From NCBI GenBank assembly GCA_008080735.1, contig SHMW01000072.1, positions 1 through 21,717 on the forward strand: 21,717 nucleotides of DNA. Direction: 5' to 3'. A program made the translations under genes and the position numbers. The notes under the pieces are model-generated. The model saw only the letters and a program-made list of their open reading frames with translations. It was not told the DNA's origin and made no database searches. This document shows positions 9,600-18,273 of this stretch, piece after piece. The number at the start of each line of letters is the position of its first letter. The stretch's first letter is position 1. The DNA is from Promethearchaeota archaeon (GTDB lineage Archaea > Asgardarchaeota > Lokiarchaeia > Sigyniarchaeales > SOKP01).

Positions 9600-10991
9600 T
9601 TACTGTATTTCGGCAACCATTTTTTCAATTTCAGAGATCATCTTTCGTGCTTTATCCTTATCATCTGATTCGGCGGAGAGTAAGAGCGCATCTCGATAAA
9701 GCGCGACTTTAATATTGGTATATACATCATCCTTGATGATCTTGAGCTCATTAATTATATCATGGAAATTGTAATTCTTTTCTTCTGTAATTTCTCTTAA
9801 TTTATTATGGATTTGATCAATAATATCAGAAGAAATGGGAACAGTTTTATTCACTTTTATCCCTTTTGGGAACCCTCTGGTTAATGAACTTAATAAATCA
9901 TTTTGTTCTGTCATAATTTCCAAAATCTTAAGCAAAATGAAATTCCCATCAGAGAATGGCGCATAATTTGGAAAGTAAAATTTCAAGGTATCTGAAGCGG
10001 CGAAACACGCCCGTTCTTCACGTATCTGTCGTGATAATTCCCCTGGGAAGTTTTCAACTGTTTTTAATGGAAATCCGCTTTGTTCGATATAGTCTTTTAC
10101 AACAGACGATATAGCGGGAGTAGTTACAATAGTGCTTCCTTCCGAATTTTGGATTCTTTTGTTATATGTGACAAAAAGCATCAAAAGGTCTTCAAAATTT
10201 AATTCCAATCCATTTTCATCAACCACTAAGATTCTGCTACCATCTATATCAAAACAGACACCGAGATGACTATTAGAAGCCTTCACGATGTCTGCAGTAT
10301 TTCTAATAGTTTTAATATTTGGCACGGGATAGTCTCTCTGCCGATAATGAGTATTTAACGCAATAGTCTCAATTCCAAGTTCATTTAATAATAGTGGAGT
10401 GATCTTGCCTGTTGGACCATAGGAACAATCAACTACAATTTTTAGGTCATTTTCAGCTAATTTCTTTTTATCTACAAATTGTTGGAGTGATTTAATATAA
10501 ATATCTTCTGTTTGAGGGATAGCTGTTAATCTCCCAATTCTATTTGGGTCCACTCGTCTGATATTTTTTGGATAATTATTATACATCTCAATAACTCTGT
10601 CCATTTCGTGCTGAGAAATTTCTATGCCTTGCGCATCTAAAAATCGTATTCCCACATCTTCGGAATATAAATGTCCTCCACTAAAATAAATTCCTCCACT
10701 GGCTCCGAATCTTCTTATGGTGAATTGGAGTAAAGGCACGGTGCAGTCCGAAAGATTTAAGAGGTTAGCTCCGGTTGACATAAATCCAGAGGAATAACCT
10801 CGCTTCAACATTCTGGAGTCTGAATGATAATCTCTTCCAAAAACTATTGACTCATTCTCCTCAAACATAGATCCATGAACAACACCAATTTCTGCGGCAA
10901 GTTCGGGAGTAAATACAAAATTAGCACGCCCAACTACTCTTCCATTTCGTAGGAGTTTAGATAAATTATTAACTTCACTTACTTCCGACAT
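9600..10991 (-). CDS. Alpha-D-phosphohexomutase (PMM/PGM) fold protein, catalytically degenerate
   Basis: Overall PMM layout (TPELA..IG, GRD..SRML, LKIVVDCSYG, LGVCFD.DG.R, SDG), but TASHNP reads SGGHLY and DxDxDR reads DIDGSR. Confidence 0.85.
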   Translation of the reverse strand: MSEVSEVNNLSKLLRNGRVVGRANFVFTPELAAEIGVVHGSMFEENESIVFGRDYHSDSRMLKRGYSSGFMSTGANLLNLSDCTVPLLQFTIRRFGASGGIYFSGGHLYSEDVGIRFLDAQGIEISQHEMDRVIEMYNNYPKNIRRVDPNRIGRLTAIPQTEDIYIKSLQQFVDKKKLAENDLKIVVDCSYGPTGKITPLLLNELGIETIALNTHYRQRDYPVPNIKTIRNTADIVKASNSHLGVCFDIDGSRILVVDENGLELNFEDLLMLFVTYNKRIQNSEGSTIVTTPAISSVVKDYIEQSGFPLKTVENFPGELSRQIREERACFAASDTLKFYFPNYAPFSDGNFILLKILEIMTEQNDLLSSLTRGFPKGIKVNKTVPISSDIIDQIHNKLREITEEKNYNFHDIINELKIIKDDVYTNIKVALYRDALLLSAESDDKDKARKMISEIEKMVAEIQ

Positions 10992-11221
10992 AATAAATAT
11001 CTCTGAATAAAAATTATAATGTAATTATTAATTGAATTTACTGAATATAGTATTATAAAGTTTTATCCTATTTACAATTTATTTTTTTCATCTCCTTTCA
11101 TTCTTATTGACCGAATCATCCAGAAGGAAGCATACTTCTATTTATTGATTTTATAGAGAATACTTAAATTCAATTATTTTGTTTTATTACAAAAAACAAT
11201 CTCATCCAATATGAAATAATC

Positions 11222-14200
11222 ATGAAAATTTCCCGGAAAGCTCGAACAAAATATAAATTAGATGATTTTGAATTTACAGAGGAAGGTAATCTCAATTTTA
11301 ATGGAGAAGTATATCCCATACGATTGCTTGCTCAAAGACTCAATCAAGAACGAGATTTAATCAATTTTCCAGAATTGGCAGTCAAGATAGGTCAATTAAA
11401 TGGGGTTGCCCTGATTTATGAAATATATGAATATATCATTGAATTATATAAAGAGGAACATAAAGACTTTTCAATTCATGAAGAACTATATGAATATTTA
11501 AAAGAAAACGTGGGGGAAAAAAAATTCATGGAAGTATCAAAAACATTAATTAAAGAATTTCCTCCAGAGAAAATTTACAAAAATAAAATTGATGCAGAAG
11601 AATACCTTGAAGAGAAGACGGATAGCACTAAAAGAAAAAAACTCATTCCCGAACAATTTATCAGTTTATGGTTGGCCAATAAAAATCCCGCTTTTTCTCC
11701 TTATGTAGAACTTTTTAGTGACGATCCGCTTAAAAAAAAAACCAATTACAAAGAAATTTGCGAAGAAATTCAAAATTTTTTTGAGGAAAAACCAGAATTT
11801 CCTCAAGTGAATCAAAAGATAATCGATTTATTAGAAAGTCCAATTCAGGAGGCCCCCCATTCTATAAAAGATCAATTAGAATATATGCATGAAAAATGGT
11901 CCGGCTTTTTAGGAAAATTTAGCCTTAAAATTCTAACCGCTCTTGATCTCATTCGAGAGGAAGAGATGTTCAGAGGACTCGGACCGGGTGAATCTAAAGT
12001 AATTGAATATGAAGTCTTGGAGGAAAGATTCACGCCAGATAAAGAATGGATGCCTAAAGTTGTTATGATAGCCAAGCACACCTATGTGTGGCTCCATCAA
12101 CTTTCAAAAAAATATAATCGTCCAATAACAAAACTTCATGAAATTCCCAATGAAGAATTAGATCAATTAGGAGAATGGGGATTCAATGCCTTGTGGCTTA
12201 TTGGTGTATGGGAACGTTCCAGAGCGTCTGAAACTATTAAGAAATGGTGCGGAAATCCCGAAGCGGCTGCCAGCGCATATTCGATTTATGACTATGTTAT
12301 TGCTCATGATCTGGGTGGGAAAGAGTCATATGAAAATCTGAAAGACAGAGCAAATGAAAGAGGTATCAGGTTAGCGAGTGATATGGTACCTAATCATACT
12401 GGAATCGTATCAAAATGGACAATGGAACACCCAGAGTGGTTTGTCCAATTGGATCATAAACCTTTCCCCTCCTATAGTTATTCTGGAGAAAGTCTTTCAG
12501 GCGATTCTAACATTGGGATCTTCTTAGAGGATAAATATTTCTCACGAAGCGATGCGGCGGTCACTTTCAAACGAGTAGATTATCGCTATAATGATTCTAG
12601 ATATATATATCATGGCAATGATGGTACAAGCTATCCGTGGAATGATACAGCTCAATTAAATTATTTGATACCAGAAGTACGAGAAGCTGTCATTCAGACC
12701 ATTCTTTACGTATCTCGTCTATTTCCCATAATTCGGTTTGACGCAGCAATGACTTTGACCCGAAAGCATTTTCAGCGTTTATGGTTTCCAGAACCAGGGA
12801 CGGGAGGCGCCATTCCTTCCAGAGCTGAACACGGGATGACAAAAGAGGAATTTTATAAGAATATTCCAAAGGAGTTTTGGCGGGAGGTTGTAGATAGAAT
12901 TAACAAGGAGAATCCCGATACCCTTCTTATTGCAGAAGCGTTTTGGTTACTAGAGGGATTTTTTGTGAGAACCTTAGGAATGCATCGAGTTTATAATTCT
13001 GCCTTTATGAATATGTTAAGTGACGAGGATAATGCTAAATTTAGGGCAGTCTTAAAAAATACTTTAGAATTCGATCCCAAGATTCTAAAGAGATTTGTCA
13101 ATTTCATGAATAATCCCGATGAAGAGACTGCAATTAAACAATTTGGTGATGGGGATAAATACTTTGGTGTCTGTACGCTTTTAGTGACGATGCCTGGACT
13201 ACCGATGTTTGGACACGGGCAAATTCAAGGATTTGAAGAAAAATATGGCATGGAGTTCAAAAGATCTTACTGGGAGGAGCCAATCAATTGGGGATTAGTC
13301 CATCGGCATGAAAATCAAATATTTCCACTTATGAAAAAGCGCTATTTATTCGCCGATGTTAAGAACTTTCTTCTATACGACTTTTTTACTGGAAATTATG
13401 TGAATGAAGATGTGTATGCATTCTCTAATCGAATCAATGATGAACGTGGTCTGATAGTTTATCATAATAAATATGCAGAAACAAAAGGATTTATTAGAAG
13501 TTCTGTTGGATTTGCAGTAAAAGAAGGAGATGGGAGTAAAATAGTTCAAAAAACTTTGGCTGAGGGGCTTAATCTTCCGAATGATGGTTATTGTATCTTC
13601 AAGGATTATATTACCAGTTTAGAATATATCAGAAGAAACAAGGAAATCTATGAAAAAGGGTTATATCTTGAATTGAAAGCGTATGAAACACACGCATTTT
13701 TGGATTTCAGGATTGTACAGGATGATGAATATTTCCATTATGCTCAATTACATGACTTATTAGATGGACGCGGAGTCCAAAATATTGATCAAACCTTCAC
13801 ACAAGTAATCTATCAACCATTGCATTCTCCATTTGAAAAATTGGTGAATGTACAAAAATTTGAAGAACTAATAGAAGCGGAAAATAAAGCCTTGAAGGTC
13901 GATGAATTATCTTCTGAACTTACTAAGTTTCTCTCAGAAGTCAAAAAATATTCTTCTGGAGAAAACGAGATAGCGGTTTTAAAAGAGAAGTTATGTGAAA
14001 AATTTGAATTTGCTTTAAAGATCGATTCTGAAATTAATAAATTAAATTTTGAGAGCGAGGATAGAGGGTTCATTGGAACCATAATTCCATCAAATAATTT
14101 TGAATGGGGTATCCTTCTCTCTTGGATATTTATCCATCAACTTGGAAAAATAGTATCAACTAAGAATTATGAATTATTATCGAGAAGCTGGATTGATGAC

Positions 14201-14617
14201 TGGCAATTATCTAAATACATTCAGCTTACTCTGGAAGGTCTAAAATCAGAGGAAAACCAAAATCCTAATCAGGCTACTACATTAATTAAACTACTCACTG
14301 GACAACAAAATCTTTTAGCCAGAGAGGAGTTGAAAAACAAGAAAATCTCAGTCATCTTAAAACAATTATTAAGCGATTCTGACGCTCAAAAGTTTCTGGA
14401 TGTAAATAGGTATCAAGATACCTTGTGGTTTAGTGCAGAAGCTTTTTCTATGTTTTGTGATTGGTTTGCTCTCATCACGGTATTGAATCGACTCGTTAAT
14501 AAAAGTGGCCATAAAACAGAAGATATCGAAAAAATTATTACAATTATTCGAAACTGGAAAATAATGGCGAGAAAAGCAGATTACAAGGTAAATACTTTTT
14601 TAGAATATATTGAATAG
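11222..14617 (+). CDS. Large GH13 alpha-amylase family glycoside hydrolase/transferase with long N- and C-terminal extensions
   Basis: GH13 conserved regions: SAYSIYDY, DMVPNH (I), IRFDAAM (II, nucleophile Asp), LIAEAFW (III, acid/base Glu), FMNNPDE (IV), TMPGLPMFGHGQ. Confidence 0.92.
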   Translation: MKISRKARTKYKLDDFEFTEEGNLNFNGEVYPIRLLAQRLNQERDLINFPELAVKIGQLNGVALIYEIYEYIIELYKEEHKDFSIHEELYEYLKENVGEKKFMEVSKTLIKEFPPEKIYKNKIDAEEYLEEKTDSTKRKKLIPEQFISLWLANKNPAFSPYVELFSDDPLKKKTNYKEICEEIQNFFEEKPEFPQVNQKIIDLLESPIQEAPHSIKDQLEYMHEKWSGFLGKFSLKILTALDLIREEEMFRGLGPGESKVIEYEVLEERFTPDKEWMPKVVMIAKHTYVWLHQLSKKYNRPITKLHEIPNEELDQLGEWGFNALWLIGVWERSRASETIKKWCGNPEAAASAYSIYDYVIAHDLGGKESYENLKDRANERGIRLASDMVPNHTGIVSKWTMEHPEWFVQLDHKPFPSYSYSGESLSGDSNIGIFLEDKYFSRSDAAVTFKRVDYRYNDSRYIYHGNDGTSYPWNDTAQLNYLIPEVREAVIQTILYVSRLFPIIRFDAAMTLTRKHFQRLWFPEPGTGGAIPSRAEHGMTKEEFYKNIPKEFWREVVDRINKENPDTLLIAEAFWLLEGFFVRTLGMHRVYNSAFMNMLSDEDNAKFRAVLKNTLEFDPKILKRFVNFMNNPDEETAIKQFGDGDKYFGVCTLLVTMPGLPMFGHGQIQGFEEKYGMEFKRSYWEEPINWGLVHRHENQIFPLMKKRYLFADVKNFLLYDFFTGNYVNEDVYAFSNRINDERGLIVYHNKYAETKGFIRSSVGFAVKEGDGSKIVQKTLAEGLNLPNDGYCIFKDYITSLEYIRRNKEIYEKGLYLELKAYETHAFLDFRIVQDDEYFHYAQLHDLLDGRGVQNIDQTFTQVIYQPLHSPFEKLVNVQKFEELIEAENKALKVDELSSELTKFLSEVKKYSSGENEIAVLKEKLCEKFEFALKIDSEINKLNFESEDRGFIGTIIPSNNFEWGILLSWIFIHQLGKIVSTKNYELLSRSWIDDWQLSKYIQLTLEGLKSEENQNPNQATTLIKLLTGQQNLLAREELKNKKISVILKQLLSDSDAQKFLDVNRYQDTLWFSAEAFSMFCDWFALITVLNRLVNKSGHKTEDIEKIITIIRNWKIMARKADYKVNTFLEYIE

Positions 14618-14630
14618 TCTTTTTTAAATT

Positions 14631-15794
14631 CTATATTTCTTCTCCCCGATCCAGTGTTTTATCTATTAATTCCTTATCATCACTAACTTTGCAATGGGGG
14701 GCGATTATTGCTCTATCTAGCATAACATTATCTCCTATCGTACAATCGTTGCATATTATTGTCTCAGTTATTTCACATCCATCACCTATTTCTACATTAT
14801 CCCATGCCACGCTTCGTTCAATAGATGAATTATTTCCAATCTTGACATTATTACCTATTGAACTTAATTCTTTTACTTTCACATTTTCTCCCAAATGTAC
14901 ATATTCCCCGAAACAGCTCGGTTTTTCGATTCTTACACCCTCTCCAGAATTAATTATTCCCATAACAAAGATTCCGTCATATTCTTTTCCGTTGGGAGTG
15001 ATAGGCCATGCATATTTTCTCAAAAGATCCCAATTGGCCCATAAGTAGGTTTGGGGATTACCGCAATCTAACCAATAATAATCTTTCACAAACCCGTAAA
15101 GATCATATTGGTTTTCTAATAAGTAAGGAAAAACCTCTCCACCAAAATCCATCATATCTGTAGAATTTAACACATCCAACACATCTCGATTAAAGCAATA
15201 GATTCCCGTATTGATCACATTGGTATGTAGGTATAATTCATTCCTTTGCGCCATGCTACTGACGTAAAGTTCCATTGGACCGGGCTTTTCTAAAAAAAGA
15301 TATATCTTACGGTTCTTGTCTAAAAGGACTACTCCGTATTGAGAAGTATGAGCTTCTACAGATTTCATTGATATGGTGGCTATACCTTCTTTACTTTCGT
15401 GAAAATCCATAAAAACTCTCATTGGTAAATTTGTTACGATGTCCGCCATAGAAACTACAAAATTTTCAGAATCAATCTTATCTGCCATCAACCGTACGGC
15501 ATCTGCAGTTCCTTTGCTTTCTTGAATAACACATTCTAGCTCTACATCGCCTAATCGTTCGGGAGTCCATGTTTTTTCAATATATTCTTTTAGTGTTTCT
15601 CCCATATACGCGAGCGCGATTAGTATGTGTTTGATATCGGCGTATATCAGATGAGCTATGGCATAGTCCACCATATTTACGTTCGTAACTGGGACCATTG
15701 GCTTAGGGACTTCTGAGGTTAAAGGCTTTAACCGAGTACCTAATCCGCCTGCGAGAATGATTGCAGACCACTCACGCTCATATTCTGTCATCAT
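14631..15794 (-). CDS. NDP-sugar pyrophosphorylase (sugar-1-phosphate nucleotidyltransferase, mannose-1-P guanylyltransferase-like) with C-terminal left-handed beta-helix
   Basis: AIILAGGLGTRLKPLT..PKPM, KGTADAV, YGVV, FLEKP, INTGIY and YWLDCG motifs; hexapeptide repeats (VKIGNN, VEIGDG, CTIGDN). Confidence 0.93.
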   Translation of the reverse strand: MMTEYEREWSAIILAGGLGTRLKPLTSEVPKPMVPVTNVNMVDYAIAHLIYADIKHILIALAYMGETLKEYIEKTWTPERLGDVELECVIQESKGTADAVRLMADKIDSENFVVSMADIVTNLPMRVFMDFHESKEGIATISMKSVEAHTSQYGVVLLDKNRKIYLFLEKPGPMELYVSSMAQRNELYLHTNVINTGIYCFNRDVLDVLNSTDMMDFGGEVFPYLLENQYDLYGFVKDYYWLDCGNPQTYLWANWDLLRKYAWPITPNGKEYDGIFVMGIINSGEGVRIEKPSCFGEYVHLGENVKVKELSSIGNNVKIGNNSSIERSVAWDNVEIGDGCEITETIICNDCTIGDNVMLDRAIIAPHCKVSDDKELIDKTLDRGEEI

Positions 15795-15964
15795 TGATTC
15801 CCGTCGTGTTAAATATACTTGATTACTACAAGGAAATTTATAGCTCTATTGCTATTAAATTCCACTAATACAAATTATAAAAATTATATAATTTAATAAT
15901 AAATTATTGAATCTAATAAATTTAATTTAATAATCGATGATTTTTAAGGAAGAATAGAGAACTA

Positions 15965-17227
15965 TCATTGATATTTTTCTAAGGCGTCTCTAATCTCTGC
16001 CGCTGCGATATGAGGCAATTTCCGAGCAACTCTCATATCTTCTGCCATTTCAGCACCGCCTATGATTTCATGAGGAATTATATCTCCGAATAAATGAAAA
16101 TCGGCATCATAATGGAAAGGACAACAATTCATAATGATATTGCGGTTTTTATCGATTTCAATATCATCTAAAGCTTGAAAGAGTGATTTTAAATTATTTG
16201 CTAATTCTGAAAGCTGGTTGATATTTAACTGCGTATATCTACGAATGTGCTCATTCGGGTGGAATCGGATATGATAGTTTCTGACGGGACTCCCAGATGT
16301 GTAAAATGTCCAATATTTCGTTTTCATGACGATTCGATCAGTATCTCCATGCGAAGTTTCACATAAATGGCATTCGTCCATCTCCTTGAAAGCGTTCAAA
16401 TAATTCTCTAACCGACTTCCGTGCCCATCCATATTTAAATCAATATAAACTTGTCCATGAATTCGCGGTTGACTCCCTCCAACTTTCATCCCTATATTAA
16501 AGAAAGGGGTCACGGGGATATCATAATAATTCCTCTGGATGGCTTCTTGTATACTGTATAAAATCGATTCCTTCATCGATAATAATATTGCTTGTAGGAC
16601 ATCTGCAGGTATTAAGCTAAAACACATTGAAGGATAAAAATCCCTGGAAATAGTTACCAAATTTATCCCACGAGCAAGTTTTAAATGTCGAGGTAAATTG
16701 TTCCTGACATACTCTTCCACTTTCGGATCCACTACCCGGGCCATAGAAGGATATCTATTTATTAACGTGATTGCCTTAGTTTTTTCAGAGATTTTTTCGA
16801 TGCTGTGAGGATTTTCAGAAAATGGATTATCTTTTCTTTCCGTGTCTTCGCATATAATTATCGTATATCCATCGCCAATCTGCCTTCCATCCTCATCAAA
16901 CACAGGTTCTCCTTCCGTAATACTCATAAATACATCTTTTGCTTTTGAAAGGATTATCTCTGAACAATCTAATAATTGGCTTTTCTTTTCAGGAGTCTTG
17001 AAACCTTTTGGTCTTTTCCCCCTAATTGGACTCAAATAAGAATAGTGTCCGTGAAACCTTCTATGCCTATTCCGCATCCCAAAGTCCTTAGTTTTAATTT
17101 CAATGGTAGAAAGGGGATCCCATCGTTTAATCGGTAAATCATAAGTAGTTTTTCCTTCAAAATTCTCTTTGGTTATAATTCCCCATTGCATAAAGGACGG
17201 TTTAAATTTGTTTTCCATTTTTATCAT
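15965..17227 (-). CDS. GalT/HIT-superfamily sugar-1-phosphate nucleotidyltransferase or NDP-sugar phosphorylase-like protein
   Basis: SPIRGKRPKGF (cf. GalT RxxRP), INRYP, NIGMKVGGSQPRIHGQ (cf. NxGxxxGxSxxHxHxQ), CHLC, and C-terminal FH..GGAEM. Confidence 0.78.
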   Translation of the reverse strand: MIKMENKFKPSFMQWGIITKENFEGKTTYDLPIKRWDPLSTIEIKTKDFGMRNRHRRFHGHYSYLSPIRGKRPKGFKTPEKKSQLLDCSEIILSKAKDVFMSITEGEPVFDEDGRQIGDGYTIIICEDTERKDNPFSENPHSIEKISEKTKAITLINRYPSMARVVDPKVEEYVRNNLPRHLKLARGINLVTISRDFYPSMCFSLIPADVLQAILLSMKESILYSIQEAIQRNYYDIPVTPFFNIGMKVGGSQPRIHGQVYIDLNMDGHGSRLENYLNAFKEMDECHLCETSHGDTDRIVMKTKYWTFYTSGSPVRNYHIRFHPNEHIRRYTQLNINQLSELANNLKSLFQALDDIEIDKNRNIIMNCCPFHYDADFHLFGDIIPHEIIGGAEMAEDMRVARKLPHIAAAEIRDALEKYQ

Positions 17228-17258
17228 CCAAATTTTTATTTCTGTGAATCTAAGCTCG

Positions 17259-18149
17259 CTAAGTATTGACTTTTAATAGCTTTACTTCTATTGAGAGAAC
17301 ACCTTCAATTTTGTAAATCTCTTCTATAATTTCGTTTAATTTGTCCATATCAGGATCTACATACACTTCATATACGCATCTATCGATCTCTTGGCAAATT
17401 CCTGAAGTAAACACGAGTGAGACATAATCTTCATACTTTGAAAAAATTTGTCCAATCTGTTGGACGATTCGCACGGTCATTTGCTGTCCGAAAATGATCG
17501 CTAATCGGATTATTTTTTGTGTATCAACGGGAATAATATCGATTTTTGTTGCCTCACCCCTCGTTCTGAATACGATAAAACAATTTTCAGAATTATTCGC
17601 GATTTCTTCAAACCGATTTAGAATATGGGTTGAAAGAGTGATGGTTCTGTGTTGCTTAAGAGTTTCTAAGGAAAGTAAAGCTCCTTCAGTCTCCACTCTC
17701 TTGACTGATATGATTTTATAGAGGTTATTCACTTCATTTTTGAAGATCTCATAGGAATTCTGAATTCTCTGCATTTCATTATCTATATTTGAACCGATAT
17801 AGAGTCCTTTATAAATCTCTGCAGTGTTCCTTATTTTTTCTACGAATTTCGATAACAATCCTTCGTAATAGTTAAAATCAGGCTCCTCCTCCGGTACGAT
17901 TACCGAGATCATAAGTAACTCCGCACGTCCACGCGCCCATTCTGACTCAACTTTAAAAATCCAGTTAGCTGTTTTCAGCTCGTTGGTGAAATAATGTGAG
18001 AAAAAAGATTCTTCTCCAGAATCGAGCAGAGATTTTATTTGATCCAATGTCTTTTGCTCTAAATTTTCCGCCAAATCATTTGGAGCCGTTAAAAAAAGAC
18101 GTGGTCCGAGTGTCCGATCGAAATAAAAAAGAAGTATCATAGATCTCAA
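17259..18149 (-). CDS. Longin/uDENN (FLCN/SMCR8/NPRL2-like) domain fused to an AbrB-like segment and a C-terminal ACT domain
   Basis: N-terminal FYFDRTLGPRLF and FKVESEWARG motifs; C-terminal beta-alpha-beta-beta-alpha-beta pattern ending in LNEIIEEIYKIEGVLSIEV. The real start may be the ATG at 18140. Confidence 0.7.
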   Translation of the reverse strand: MRSMILLFYFDRTLGPRLFLTAPNDLAENLEQKTLDQIKSLLDSGEESFFSHYFTNELKTANWIFKVESEWARGRAELLMISVIVPEEEPDFNYYEGLLSKFVEKIRNTAEIYKGLYIGSNIDNEMQRIQNSYEIFKNEVNNLYKIISVKRVETEGALLSLETLKQHRTITLSTHILNRFEEIANNSENCFIVFRTRGEATKIDIIPVDTQKIIRLAIIFGQQMTVRIVQQIGQIFSKYEDYVSLVFTSGICQEIDRCVYEVYVDPDMDKLNEIIEEIYKIEGVLSIEVKLLKVNT

Positions 18150-18273
18150 TCCAACGCTTCAATAAGCATCTTTATAATCATAGTTCATTTTAACCTAAAG
18201 TTATTACTAAATTATGTTTCTTAATTTTTATATATATTTCAGTTTCAAATCATAGATCATTTGAATACTCCCA

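Noticed and set aside
14631-15794. eIF2B gamma/epsilon-like subunit
   Set aside because: It shares the fold, but the GGxGTRL..K and EKP catalytic motifs are intact and the context is sugar metabolism, so an active pyrophosphorylase is more parsimonious.
11872-17721. ORFs 11872..12081, 13813..14082, 14689..15048, 16842..17039 and 17494..17721
   Set aside because: All lie antisense within longer genes with clear motifs; Ser/Ile/Phe-rich composition is typical of shadow frames.
18150-18188. In-frame upstream ATG with a TGA (MNYDYKDAY*SVG) before the longin gene, as possible selenocysteine readthrough
   Set aside because: The longin domain begins naturally at MILLFYFD, there is no redox-motif context or recognisable SECIS, and it is likely chance.
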